Shown here: positions 10,647-24,367 of the stretch, piece by piece | How positions within the stretch are numbered: the first letter of the stretch is position 1 | How the letters are laid out: each line of letters starts with the position of its first letter | Source of the DNA: Phoronis australis | Lineage: Eukaryota > Animalia > Phoronida | Assembly: GCA_002633005.1 (NCBI GenBank) | Contig: NMRA01000513.1 | Span: forward strand, 271,397 to 312,388 | Reading direction: 5' to 3' | DNA: 40,992 nt | Position numbers and translations under genes: made by a program | Notes under the pieces: generated by a model | Database searches by the model: none | What the model was told of the DNA's origin: nothing | What the model saw: the letters and a program-made list of their open reading frames with translations, nothing else

Positions 10647-11769
10647 CTGTAACAAAAGAATGTAAACTCTGAAGTAATTTATGAAAGCTTGTGTCACGGC
10701 TACACCTCTGTGTTTATATGTAGGTCGTTAATCACAAAGCTGCCTTGCAAATGCTACGGTAAAAGGCAGCCCATTCATTACAAAATTCAATTTTCAGTTG
10801 ACGTGCATTACGCAATTTCCATACGCTATGGCAACAAAATTATTCTATTCAAATTTCCATTTTAGCGTAAATCCTAATTCTGAACTTAATTATCTTATAT
10901 TGCTTGGAGAAATTTGCTTGTGAAAAAAGTGAAATTATCAAAGCCAAGATTGTTCGTATGCAACTCCATGACTATTATCAATGTTGGGTTGAAAATTAAG
11001 TGCAAAAACGGAATTCTGGGACATGTGATCACGTCCTACGCATCTTTTGTTACGATTAATTTTGCTGGTTGTTACTACATGTATTCCGCCATTACTCTGA
11101 AGCTGGAGTTTGGTTTCTTTGTCAAATTTTATTCCTCTGCTTGCAGACAGGAAGAATGCAGTTTCGACAATCGATGAAGTCTTAAGCGCAATCCCAAGAT
11201 TTTGATACGGTACCAAAAGCTCATAAGTAAGAGCCCTGTATGAGTGTTCGTAATAAATCATTTTTTATTTGATTTATAAACCTAAGCCTAATGCTTCGGG
11301 GAATGAAAATGGAACTTAAACATCAATTCTTGATGATGTTCAAGTAGCATTGTCGTTTAGTTCCTGCTATACAGTATTACAGTTAGGAGAATGCAAATGG
11401 TTTTTAATATTGGCGAACGACTTGCAGTTGAAAATTAAAAATATAAATTCGTCAGTGAGTTCAGGCTTTGTCGAAAAGATGACGTTGATTTTGAATAGAT
11501 TATTTTGTGTTGATTTTAGTTATTGTTTAGATTAAAAATCAAATTAAAGAGTATTGTTAAGCCACGCGATAGCAATTTTCATTGACCGCGAGATTACGAT
11601 AATTTAAATTTGTCTCCAGTTACAAACGTTAACTACACCTGCGCAATATACTGCTCAGGCAGGTCCCTTTCACTGACAACGGACCAAATCGTGCCACCTG
11701 GATTTTCCAAACAGAGCCCCTGGATTTTAAAAAACAAACAAACAATGATAACGAAGTAATGTTACTTAC

Positions 11770-11819
11770 TTTGTCTTCTGAATCCGTAGAAGTGTTTTGG
11801 AACTTTCGATGGATGAAGT
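11770..11819 (-). other. Probable non-coding first exon (5' UTR) of the EF-hand gene
   Basis: Starts at Inr-like TCACTTC (A at 11819) and ends at donor AAA|GTAAGT (11769). Splicing to the acceptor at 10647 gives ACAAA|ATG, a typical invertebrate start context. Confidence 0.7.
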
Positions 11820-11850
11820 GAAGTCTTGAATCTTGCACCTCTTTATATAT
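11815..11850 (-). promoter_or_regulatory. Core promoter: TATA box and initiator
   Basis: TATATAAAG begins at 11849, 30 nt upstream of a YYANWYY initiator (TCACTTC, +1 at 11819), and is followed by a splice donor 50 nt later. Confidence 0.7.
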
Positions 11851-14800
11851 CTTAGATCGGGACGATTACAGCATCTGCCTCCTGCTCCGCTAATTTTGAG
11901 CCCTGTTCTATTAATTAACCATAATCATTTTCCTTTCAAGAGAATTTACAGTTTAATTTGCGCTCGTAATTATTGAAATTTGTTTCGGCAACATCTACTG
12001 GTATACCTACCAGAAAAGTTGTGAAAGTTATTCTGCTGCCCGCGATTACATTTGTACGAAACGGCCTTAATGGGAAGCATAATTGCTTTATTGCTTCCCT
12101 GTTGGCAATGAGGGCTGTCAAGTACGGCATCTGCATTCTTAAATTAACACCTACGAGCACTAAAGAATAAGTGTAATTTTAATACGAAACCGTATGTAGT
12201 AACTACTTTTAAAAAAGTCCATTATATATGTCATTGAAGTAATACGGTGAGTTCGATTCTGTTTTTTTGTTTTTAACGTTTCATGAAAGTTTTTAAACTT
12301 TAAAACTTGTTTCCATGGTTGAAATGTGGACCATGCTTGGTCCATGAAGACGTCTGCAACAACATTTGCGACGGTGACTTTCTCTTAAAACAAGAAAAGG
12401 AGATAACATGAATATTCTTGTAGTAGAACTTTGGGATTTCATGCATTTATATCAAGCTGCGGAATGTCCAGTCCGCGCGTCATCTTTTCAATTTTTTAGT
12501 TGTTTTAAAGCCAATCTATACTTTCACTTTCAATACTTGTTTTAAAGTATATGATGACGTACGTCGGTGTCATAGTTTAAACACAAAGTTTCGACCAGAT
12601 GTGGAATACTAACAGTATAAGGGATGTCATGAGACCGAGTATCGTTTTTAGCCGCCTAAACTGGGCTAAATGTACATGTAGCTTTTAATTGCCAAAAGAT
12701 GATCATTCCGAAAATAACACACCCTTCAAATATTAATGGACAAGTGAGAGATGAACGATGACAACAGAAGTTGCAACATGCGACTGAACTTTTTTCAAGC
12801 CTTTTTAAACTTCGTCTGTGGGAGGGGTAGGTGACGCTTGCTCTAATGCCCGCTGATACAGTTATTATCTACGCCTACGGGTAGGGTACCCATTGACCTC
12901 AGAAGCTAACACTAGCGTGTATTAAACTTACTCATAGCCGGTCAGAGTTGCCTTTTTTCATACGAAAAGTTAATGATATATTGTAACATAAAATATTAAA
13001 AGCAATCCCAGGTACTCGTCAACGCTTTAGTGATAACTGGGCTTCATTTCTGCTGCTACCTTTTTTTAAATTTGTCAATCTAGTTTGAGCGAACTCGTGA
13101 AATTTCGTCCATTACCACGACGTGTTATTTGACAATTGTACTCGAGTCGCCTGGTAGACGAGATGGTATCGCCACCTTGAGACTTGGTGCCAACTTGTCT
13201 GGATCTCGCGACCAATGAATGCAGTCCTACAGCGACACGTGCGTAATCGTGGGTCAGGGCTCAATGGCAGAACATGAAAATTCAGTCTGTGATGCCAGAT
13301 GAACAGAGGTCTCGTCCCGTGTTGCGGTACATCGAAAAATTGATCTGACCTGGATTGTTGTTTCCGCTCAAACTTATCAAAGTCCTTCGGGTTTCGATCT
13401 CAATTTAATGACGCTTCTTCGAAATTCTATTGACCACATGGTTTTTCAAATACAAAGTTAGCCCATTCAGCAAAATATTACGCTGGCTGTGAAAATTTTG
13501 AAACCAGAGTAGTGCTGCCTTTGCTGATACCCTCAGAGTTGCAGCGTCGGAACAGAACACACTGCATAGTGGCTGTCTTTTTGAGGTTACATGTACTTAT
13601 ACTAAACAATGAATCCGTCGAAAACATAATTACAATGCCACCTGTGTGTATATTATTATTTTTGAGTCTGAGTTTACAAGTGGCTGTTTAAATTCTACTG
13701 AAATGTCTGCACTAAGAATCAAACGAAATTTTCATTATTACACAGCAAACTTGTTTATCGATGTTTTTTGGTGCCCGCTGACAGCGAGTCTGGACTCGTG
13801 AGTAAAAATATCGAAGAAGTCTACGCAGATCTAGTCTCTCTTCCTTCCTAAGGCCCTTTTCTTTGGCCATGACCGAAAAGTCTTCGGCTGTTTGGACATT
13901 TTTCCTTGGATAACAATGGTCCAAATCCGCTTTACGACTTTCTAGATGCTTTTGTGGTTTGCTTGTATTTCGAAATCGCAAGGAACAAGTTATGCACTAA
14001 GGTCAAGGACACACATACATATGTATGCCTTAAGCAGACTCGAACATTGTATTGGAATGGAAAGCTGCGAAAGTTTTGTATGAAATGTCCTCATTCTTTC
14101 ACAATACTTTCAAGACCCATCGGCCTCCTTCATAAAACGAATTGCGCCGCCCTCATTCAAATAAAGCTTTTCCAAATGACCGTTGTTTCATCAAAACAAA
14201 ACTTTTTTACTATAATTTAATGTCTGCATGTGGTGAACCAACAATAGCTGCAATGGGGTTTTATCACAAACCTACGTTTTAGAAACATAATAAGTGTATC
14301 GTTAACACCCCAATGGACAACAAGCCCTTAATTTACTAAATGATCCTGTAAAGTTATATCTTTGAAAAGTTATTTTGTGTTTTAAAGAGGTGAGAACTGA
14401 GAAAAGGGTATTTTTAAGATTAAATTGTTTCTTTCTGGTGCGCCACAGGATGGCTTAGTAAGTCAAAGTAAATTTTACACGCTTCGAAAACCGAAAAAAT
14501 CACAAGTAAATACACTTGTAAAAACCTCTCATTTACAAAATTTTACCATTTTAATTAATGCACTTCGTCCATGGGTGAGCTTTTTAATCAAAGTCTTCAC
14601 CATTTCCGTCATTGTGCAGAGAGTACATAAATGTTCTTGGATAACTTTCGTCAATTTTCTCTTGCACTCAAACCAGGCTGTAATTACGCCTGGCAATTTC
14701 TGGGTATATATATATATATATTAATAATTCATGTAATTATCATTCATCAGAAGGTTAAATCTGTGTGACACTATATGCAGGTTGGTGCTCTGAACAAACT

Positions 14801-16554
14801 ATATGTAGACGGAAATTATGCGGACAAAATTTAGTCTCTATATAAAAGTGATGCGATTTGGTGGATACACCGTATGACGGTAAACTTTGTTTTTTCTAAT
14901 AGGAATGTGATTAATATCTAAGTACAGAAAAATACAAGCAATGTATTGAAACATTTTGGTGCTACAGGCAGAAGCGTGATCTTCACAACACATGCGTCAT
15001 GACAGTGTTTCTCTCATCGCAAATTACGAATTGAGGTGTTCGTGTAATGAATGTATCCAGTCTCTTTGGTTCTTTTTATTTCATTGGATAAATCGGAACT
15101 ATAAGTCTTTACATTATGGCATTGAGGACTCTTCTACAAATTGACAGGACCAAAAAGTTTGAATCAATTAATAACTTTAGATAAGTGTCACATATACTGC
15201 CAGAGAATTGTCAAATGACTGTCATATTTCAATTTACAATAGACAAAATTGAGATATTAATTTTCCAGAAAATTGCTAATCGCAAATTTTCAACAGTCAA
15301 TGGACACACGTGGTTCTTCTGTTTACAGAAGACTACAAATATAATGCTACCCAAGGTGGGTATGAGTGACTGGGAAAGCAGATAATGTTACATTATTGTT
15401 CGTATTTGTCCCAGTCAAGTTTACAGCTTGTTTATTTTTTCCTTGACAACACGTTGTCTTCTTCGTGGGTCTAAGTCACGTTGTTTATTTGTCCCGTCCT
15501 CGATAAACTCTTCTCTTTCGCGGAGGTACTGTAAACTATGCGTTGAATGAGGGTCCAATTCTTCATGATGGCACTCCTGGGGAAACAACACTCTTTGAAC
15601 TGTCGCGCTTTTAGCGAGAACTTCGATCAACGGCGACTATTATATTTGCGCGTGCAGATGAAGCAGGACAAATGCTTGACGTGCGTTGCATTGTGGCTAA
15701 ACTCCCTGGAATGGGAATGGTGTTGTGCTCTTTCAGTCAGGACGGCTCTAAGCCGGGCAGTATTACATCTACTGTGGTAACGTTGAGTGCAGTGAAATGT
15801 ATTTCTTTTTCTCGTTATCGAAAGTGGTAAGGCAGCATTTCACGAATTCAAATTGTCTCCTTTTTTCTCATTTCGTGTATTTCTTTTAGACAAATATTTA
15901 TTCAGTTGCTGCCAATTTCAATTTCACATTGTTCTTTCTTTGATGACCATTACGATATACGTACATGAGAGGCAACTTAAAGTTGTACATAGTAGTTACA
16001 CATGTTGCACAAATTTCTACAATTGATCGTTGGACTTAAACCGCACGCTGTTGTAGAGTGATTGGCCACAAATTTGCCCAGGGATTAGCGATCCAGGCAT
16101 ATTGTTAAAATTTGCGATGCAGGCTCGATTAAACCCACGTTTTCTGCTGGCTGAAACAGGAAATCCGAATTAAGCTTTTTACCCATTTTCTCGAAAGACG
16201 TCGCTCTAGACAAGCTAGAGTTGACTTACGTTCTAAACGCCTTTTACTCTCGGTGAAATCGGTCTCGTGCTTGATATTTCTTACCGTGCCCGCAACCTTG
16301 AAACCAGACCGACGAAAGAAAACGCTTCAAAGCTAACCTTAAAATTCGGATGGGCGCTTGCAGTTTCTTGTCTGACTTGACAGCTAACGCACGTGGAATC
16401 ATTTTACAATGAAAAATAGTACGAGATCGATTTTGATGAAGGTACTAAGTGGCCCAGTTTGGCGGTTTTTAGCGACCTCTAACAGAAAAATTGAAACTTG
16501 AAGCGTGTTCTCATGCGCGCGATCATAGTGGTTTCAACTCACAATTAAATTAAA

Positions 16555-17360
16555 GTAGTATTAGTTATAGTAGTAGTTGTAGTAGTAGTAATATTTTTAT
16601 TTCATGCAAAATAAAATACAAAGTATAAATACAATGTTGAATTAGGGAAGGCCACGTGAAAGACTTTACAATACGGTGACCACAGGGCCAGCCCCATCAA
16701 TTACAAAAAGGCAATAATGAACAAATAAGACATACAGTAAACATGGTGACAATGAAAAGTTCATTCGTTAACAATTTAATGTTAATAACAAGACATTAAA
16801 TAACAAAACCGGAATATTACCGTAATTGGATGACTTAAATAAATTCTTACACAGTGTTACAAACATAGAAGAGGCAATCGTACTGGAAAGACAAAACTCA
16901 TCTAAGCAACGATTTCTAAAATAAGTTATTACACTAAGGAGAATGTGTATAAATCTTATCAAGTAGGCAACATGGAAAACTGTGAGGTAAGGTAAATTTT
17001 TACGTAGAGAATTGAAAAATGTTTAGAACAGCAGTTAGTTTGTGATAGATCTCTTTTCATAGTGTAATAATGATGATGATTGCTAGATCCGAGTCTAATA
17101 TTGAAAGTAAAGAAACAGTTCTGTTTCGTGTTGATAAATTATTTATGAAAGATAGCGGGAGCCATATATAAATCTTGAATTGGATACATGACGTCATGAA
17201 CAAGACATTAGAGAGAGCATTACAGTTATAAAAATTTATGATTCTAAAAGCTTAATTCTTCAAACCAAATAATTGCTTATGTTCGCTTTCACATTCCAGT
17301 ATACCATACATGTAATTTTAATGGGGCAATATCAATATAAAGTATTTATTCTCAATACTG
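16555..17360 (-). mobile_element. 5'-truncated non-LTR retrotransposon (CR1/L2-group) 3' end
   Basis: Minus frame ILPH*NY.YGILEC...LFGLKN*AFRIINFYNCNALSNVLF resembles the CR1/L2/Crack RT C-terminus (LPHLNY...LQKKAIRII...YNAH..PLF). Ends in AATAAA plus a (TAC)n tail at 16555-16590. Confidence 0.6.
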
Positions 17361-17416
17361 GATGTGGGATGCAGTGCTTAATACACCAGCAAGCTTACAT
17401 ATTTTACGAACTAAAC

Positions 17417-17560
17417 CAGGGACAGATCCAGGATTTTTAAAAGGGGGAGTTGGATCAAGAATATTTTTTGAAAAGAGAGTCCAAGTTTACAATTTGAAAA
17501 TTCTAGATTTGATATAACTATAATCAAAGGAAAAGGGGGTCCGGAGCCCCTTGACCCCCA
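17417..17560. mobile_element. Short CAGGG..GGATCCAG-type MITE remnant
   Basis: Starts cagggacagatccaggattttt and ends gggggtccggagccccttgacccc, a layout common in short invertebrate MITEs. Confidence 0.4.
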
Positions 17561-18224
17561 GCGTCTATTTTAACTATCGATGACATTTTTTCAAGACAAT
17601 TTTTCTTGGATAAATAATCCTGAAAATTGACCTAGATCAATTCAAGAGGTAACCGTATAATATTGGATGCAAAATATTCTACATACACTGTGACCCCATA
17701 TGTAATGAATGAACATTGCCAGGCAAATCCAGTGGTGGGTTAATCCCGCCAGACAGGCCCAGACCTCAGAGTTGAGCTAGATCAGCCATCCAGGTAACCA
17801 GTGGAAGCCAACATTTGTGATGAATTTTAGACAGTGAAAATAAAATTCTCAATGGGAATTCATCAAAAAAACTATGACTTGGCAGATGCTTCTAGGATAT
17901 ATTTCAATAACTTTGTCAAAATGATAACGACAAGTTCGACGAGTTTCGACTCGAACATGTTGGTTCAACGGTGGGGTCACCAAATGCGAACTTGGGCTAG
18001 ACTTTCCGTCCACGTTATCCATAACAATCACAGTTATAGAGTCATTAGTTACATGTGCCTCGTAATGATTTTCTTACTTAAAAACACAAAATATCAAAAA
18101 TTTAGTTTGAGTATGACTGTTTGGAGATTACACTTCATTCTCAGATATAACAGCCACGTTATTCTTGTAAAATCATGAGAATGGTCGAACCCTAGCCATT
18201 TATTTTCTTTATTTAAAAATGTGC

Positions 18225-20421
18225 ATGTTAGAGACATTTTTTAGTAAAAGTGGAGAATCTATCATTTTGGCATAATTATGGTGTGCTGTTTTTTGATTAT
18301 ACCAGTTCCCAGGCTGGATTTTGAGTTTTTGACCATTTAATTTGCATAAACAAAATGGCCGCCAAACCTACAAGATAAGAAACATTCGTGGAACCAGGAG
18401 TACAATATGTGACGAATAATTAGGACATTTTTGTTACAAAAACATAGTATAAGTGTGTTTAGATCACTTAATTTGGAGAACATATTACTGAACGTCATTA
18501 AATTCCCCAGTTATGCTAATTAGCTTCCGCCATTACCGAAAAATTCAAAATTTTGGTGCAACTTTATCAATTTGCAGGCAAATATGACAAATAAGGTGTC
18601 TATACATGTACATGTACATGTACCTATGTTTTGAAATTCTAGAAAAATCATTATGACACATGTGAAGCTTTTTATTTCATCTTCACTAAGTTACAAATAC
18701 TCATTAATAAAGCCTGAAAATTAAATTAGAAATCATAATTATCAATGCTTTTTTGCGAACGTCTCGCTATTTAGATAAGACATCAAAGTATTGTAAACAT
18801 AACAACATGACTTTTAGATATTGTTGTAAAGAGATGCATGGCCATATCGTCCTATTTTGGACAGGAACATACCGTCCTCACAGTCTACCAAGCACTCTGT
18901 TGCAGATTAATGGAGCTTATGGCAGTGGTCGGTCACAGAATACCAAAATATATTCTTCACGTATCAATGAACTTCATCAAGGCCCTAATAGAATATCACA
19001 TGAAATAGCTGAGGTGTGTATAGAGAGTGCAGTACTTGGTCAAGGCCTATAGAACTTTTCCTCAGTGGAAAGTCGTACAGCAAAGCTACAGTATGAGGGC
19101 ACACAAACTGTCTTTGCAAGTCCGGAGTTGATAACATTTCTCAATCAGAATAAGTTTAGGAAACTTCTGGGCATTTTGGCAACAGTAGGTCTGACGATGT
19201 GAATTTCAGCTTCTGCTAGAGTTACATGAACATGGTCCCAATATTGTTAAAGTGCACATGCTCTCAACGGGATGTCATTTTGGAACTGCATCTCTATTCA
19301 TTTACTCTCATGCTGCCTCACCGAATTATGCCCGAGTGGCGTGCGGTCTTTTTACCCGAGATGCATCAGCTTTCGCAGTCTGTTTGGTCAGAGTTTCAAG
19401 CAGGAAATTTTGTAGTCAAGCGCTCTCCTCATATGTTCTGTCAGGTAGATTCTGACCTATGGGTAAATGGGGCAGGCAAAACGGAGGTGGCATCATCAAA
19501 ACCACGTCAGCTCTATGAAGTTGGACACACTTATTGCATCTGACATCTCACATAGCTGAACAAACTTAGCGCTATGGGAGTACATAGTTTTACACAAAGC
19601 CACGAAAGCCAAGAACCTGAGCGAAAATAATGTAGAGAGTTCCCTTCTTTACACTTTCAATGGATTGAAGGTCTTCTCGTCCGCAGGGCCTGAGCTGCTA
19701 CAAGGCCTTGCAAAAAAGACCTAACAACAGCACCATTTCAAGAGCCACTTTTGCATGCCAAGGAACTTGGACACGAACAAATTAAGAAATTTGTTCAAGA
19801 CAGATTATCACAGAGCAGTGCTAGTCAATTCATGCGCCTATGCGCAAACATAATGTCCCAACATTTGCCAATTTATATTATGTGGTGAAATAAACCGAAG
19901 ACAAAGACAAGGGGTGTACTTCGGTGTCTAGCTACGGCTTATGAGGCAGGTCAGCCAGTTGATTTGCCGTCTGTGCTCAAACGCAAGCTTCTTCCCGTCC
20001 ATGTTTTCTTGCAGAAACGAGTGGCACATTGCGCACTGGAGATAAATCTTCAATTGCCGAAGTATTAATAGTTAACACATCGACTGTCCTGAAACAATTT
20101 AACTTCATGACACGTCCGTTTGCTTCATTTTTGTTGGCGAAGCATTGCTTGTAGTTCTTGGGAAGCCTGGTGGTGATGTGACCTTCGAAAACCTGGCTGG
20201 TACATTGTGATTTCTATCACAAAAATACATCTGAACTTGACAATTTGGCCGCCATTTTGTTTATGCTAACTAGATGGTCAAAAACGCAAAATTCGGCTTG
20301 GGAGCAGGATTAGTTCAATTTGCCATACTTTGATTGTGTGAAAAATTCTTGTTCCCAACTTAAACTAAAAATGCTTCTAGAACCTTATACAAGGTTCTTT
20401 TCACGAAATGCGTCTAGACTA
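18225..20421 (+). mobile_element. Degenerate Academ DNA transposon
   Basis: Frameshifted transposase pieces EVCIESAVLGQG..LFLSGKSYSKA, HAASPNYAR and EFQAGNFVVKRSPHMFCQVDSD..WVNGAGK match motifs I recall for Academ. About 140-bp inverted repeats at 18225-18363 and 20248-20385. Right end ...tctagacta. The left terminus may extend to about 17741. Confidence 0.7.
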
Positions 20422-21912
20422 TTGACGTATATGAAGATCGACCTCAGGATAGACGTACCATACACATCAAGAATGGCGACTGAATTTTCCTTTAACCACT
20501 TTTTGCGGTGTTCAAGACACCGCATAGGTCATTATGGACATAAATCCATCTACAAAGTTGTACCACATACGCTCTGTTAGAGAACGTCTTCGTATTGCAG
20601 CTTTGCTTATGGGATTTCTCTTTTTGTTCACCTTTATTAGAAACATGACGTGTGGCTTGGATACAATCCGGTACCTGCTGCCATGCAGACAGAGTGTATG
20701 CGGGACGTGCCGCCATGATGAGTGACTTCACAAACAGGTTTTTGGTGGAAGGTCACCTTTTCTGATGCATTTCCGTTGGAAAGTTCAACTGTTTTGGGGT
20801 TGCAGATCTACAAAACTCTTGTTGCAACCGTTTACAGGATTATAAAACTTTGCAGGAGCTGTAGGCCCTACAAAGACAATTTCCAATTGCTCGTATCTTT
20901 TGACAGAACATTTTAGCATTCATTACACAAGCAATGCGTCAAACAAGAGCCTTCAAAATGTAAATAAACGAGGCGCCGCAGAAAACCCAGTTCAAAATGA
21001 CCTTTCACCATTGCACCGTTGCATCTTATGCGCGCGCACTCATAAGGGGTAAGATTAACTCCATATTCTCCTTAGTGGAATGTCAGAAGAAATTAATGCT
21101 TTTCATCTCCTTGTCAATGGAAGACAAAATTGTTGTCTAACTATTGTAATTTTTTAATCATTTTGTTTAACACAGTTAACGCTAAACTTGTACTGTGTCA
21201 AAATGTCTAAGTGAGAGCGCAAAAAAGTTTAATAAAGTGCAAAATTTTCGATGCGGTCTGCTTTTTGACGCAAATGCCCTTCAATGAATGTGCTGCCATC
21301 TGTTAGCAGGATAAAATGCAGCGAGACTAATCTCATTGGCCGCCAACTATATTGTTTCATGGACTGTAGCGTCACCTAGCAAGTGCGTGCTTTGAGGAAG
21401 TTCGGCCGATTTTATTTTGTCAAAATCAAAATTGTGAAGTGGTATCTTATGTATAAAATTATATGTTGAGAAAATGAAATATGAGTGATATGTTGGAAAA
21501 GTAAACATATAGGCAAAAAATCGAGTAAATCAAGAAAAAATTATTGCAGCGGAGCTCATGTTAATTACAGAAAATACATCATAAACAGGGGTGACTAATT
21601 AGTGGTGACCAGGTGGAAGTAGGCGATTGGTGGGTGGTCAGGTACAGATCCTACAGGATTTTGCCCAGGGCGTCTGGGAAGTAATAAACCTAGGATAGGT
21701 CTGCTGAACGCAGCTGCGAAAATGCTACATTTAGTTCCACATAGGCTTAAGAACCAGGGGGATGGCGGGGGACTTATTTCTCTCTGTTAAAAATCTGGAG
21801 TCTATAGCACCATCTGACGTACAGTGCTGTGTATTGCTGAGTGTTTTTAATCATGCCATACATTATAGACTGCAGATTCGCAACTATGACGTTTTCTTCC
21901 GCAATATCCTAG

Positions 21913-22078
21913 AGGAGGAGCCACCCTCTAAACATAGCAAACTCCGCTTCAGGTTTGTATATTGTGATGGTAAATTCTTCCATGTATTTTACTGCCTAGT
22001 AAAAAGGAAAAAATCGGCATTGAAACGCTGTTCAAGGTCTTCCAATAGTAGAGTCCAGAAATTTTGAGCGTCACCGAC
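21913..22078 (-). pseudogene. Myb/SANT-like DNA-binding domain relic (Harbinger-type accessory ORF)
   Basis: Frame NFWTLLLEDLEQRFNADFFLFTRQ*NTWKNLPSQYTNLKR...GG has the W...WKNL..QY..LK pattern of Myb/SANT-like domains, with one stop. Confidence 0.45.
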
Positions 22079-24063
22079 GTGCAGTCGAGCTTAAAATGAA
22101 ACGCACCATGATCGAGTGTAAACCTGTTTTGAAGTGCGAGACTGGTTTTTGATTAAGCTCGCTGGTTATTCCTGGAGTATTAATATGAGCTTTGTTTAAG
22201 AAGGTAACAGGTTCAATTTATTTAATATATGTGAGTTGAGCAAAACATGATGGGCGGCTCACAATAGGGAGATTGGGGGTCTTTTTTCATTGCTCCGGCT
22301 CTCATGGTCTATGGATGGTGCACCACAGGGGGGCTATAGTCCCTCACTTTTTCAGTGGTTCACCGCCCACGCAAAATCCAGACGAAATGACCACGATTAG
22401 CAGATTAGTACTTGCCGGGAGTAAAGCGTATTATGTCTGCTAGCTGTCGCTACTGAATAATGACGTCACGGCTTATCCGTAAGATCTCAGATTTCCTCCA
22501 TTGAAAATATTCGGATTTGGCGGTCTATTTAGGCCTACTATCGTTTATGGATATACCAATGGTAAGTTATTCTTATATGTGGCTTTCTGTGTACCTTATC
22601 ATGTTTGCAACAGACGGGCATTTTTTCAGGTTTTGATTTACAAGTTCATTGTAGACCTCGTGGTAAAACAAATTACCGTTGATTTCAGATGGTTTGGTTG
22701 GCTGTGTCGGCGTGCAAAAGTCTATCGGTGTTGTGCATGCATTCTTCGACCCCACAATGGTAACTGCTTCAGTGAGAGTACCACTCAGTTGTGGAGAGTA
22801 TCCAAAATGCTAAATTCCCCAAACAATGAAAAATATTCTCACTTGGGGGAGGTTTTAAAAAGCCATCGACTTTATTATGTTGAACAGTAAACTCGATTAG
22901 CGATGACCTCACGCCTTTCACAAGTTCCTGCATGAGTCAAACGCCAGACATGTCTGTTGGTGATTACTAACTGGTTCAGATCAGGTTGATGGTAGTGCCT
23001 TAAGGTCATCTCAAATCTTTATTAGTGTCCTCTTTTCTAACTCGTGTATCAAAAACTAGCATTTGTCAACTATTAAAAGAACATATTTCCTGCAAGAAAC
23101 AAAGAGGGATTAAAATATATGTTTTATAATAACGTGTCATTGCTATTATTACGCTAACGACTTTTAAGTCAAAATTTCATTTCTAAGAAAGGTACATTGC
23201 AACCAAATTAACCCCTGGCCGATTTTAATGAAACGTTTTTAAATGAAAACTTTCACCAATTACCTCAAATCACTGTAAGGAATTTATATTAGTCTTTTAA
23301 TTCGCCTTCTATGACAAATTAACTAGCAAAAATAAGCAGTCATATTTGTCTTGACGCAAAAAAATGCCCTTTATACCGAACAGCGTTTTTGAGATTGATA
23401 GATAAATATTAAGTTTGCAAAGTTTCAGCGAAATCCACTAGCCGTTTTCAAGAACTCGTATTGCTAAGTTAAGTCGATTTGCCGAAGCCGAGAAAAAGAC
23501 CATTAAGTTTTGAGAAGTGAAAATCTCAAGGCCTTCGGTTGATTATTCGGTGAAAACTTGTTTTTGGTCAATGTATCCTATACGTGCCTTAACCTTGTTC
23601 GTTATTTCAACATCCACTTGCAATGTTAACTGAATTTGCAGTGCGTAATTAACTTAATTGTGTATATAAATCACAAGGCGGAGCCAGTTGTAAGTAGGCC
23701 AACAGTAGACTAAGGAAATCGAGTCGTGAACACGATATCGAAACAGGGAAATGTTAAAAGGCTGATCAAATTAATGAATTTTGGGGGAGGATTTGTGTTT
23801 ATTAACAACTTGTTCTGTTAGTGAGAAGTAGGTCACAGAGGAGGTTCAGCGAATCGGACCTGGTGCATTCGTTATCACCGGTCATACATAATTGCATGCA
23901 GACGCACTTCGGTGGTATCTTTTTGTGCTATGTACACGTCGTTGACTAGATATTATGGCAGCTCGGTGAATGAAAGGACTGAGGATATATATGGAACTGC
24001 TTCATACCAGTCTCCGGGAGATTCGAATTGAGTGACCTCAACAAATTTCTACTCTATTGAAAG

Positions 24064-24173
24064 GGCAACAGTCTGATATAACTTGCCCGTATTTTGAGAA
24101 CCAGTTTATGGCAGTCCGTGGAGACTAAAAAACTGGTTCTCAAAATTCGGGCACGTTATATCAGACCATTGCC
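24064..24173. mobile_element. 110-bp fold-back MITE, Merlin-like
   Basis: 44-bp inverted arms (24064-24107 and 24130-24173) beginning GGCAA. Flanking direct repeats ATTGAAAG/GTTGAAAG (7/8 match). Confidence 0.7.
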
Positions 24174-24367
24174 GTTGAAAGTGGCTACAGGGTGTATATT
24201 CGCCATTTGTGATTCCCGAGAGTGAAGATAAGGTGTTTTGCTAGCTCTATGTGAAATTTTCTAAAAACGGTCAATTTTCGTGAATAAAGTTTTTTGTGCT
24301 CTATCGCGTGTCAATAATTTCCGTATTCAGGGTGTTCCATGGAAACAGAAAACCCAGATGTAAAGCA

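Noticed and set aside
13140-14200. Possible RT or transposase fragments (13140-13440; ORF 13712-13981)
   Set aside because: Only vague resemblance; no diagnostic motif could be read in frame.
20500-20860. Possible second THAP relic on the minus strand (VNGCNKS, VTFHQKP, FVDG)
   Set aside because: The motifs lie in different frames and the key C/H ligands are not recoverable.
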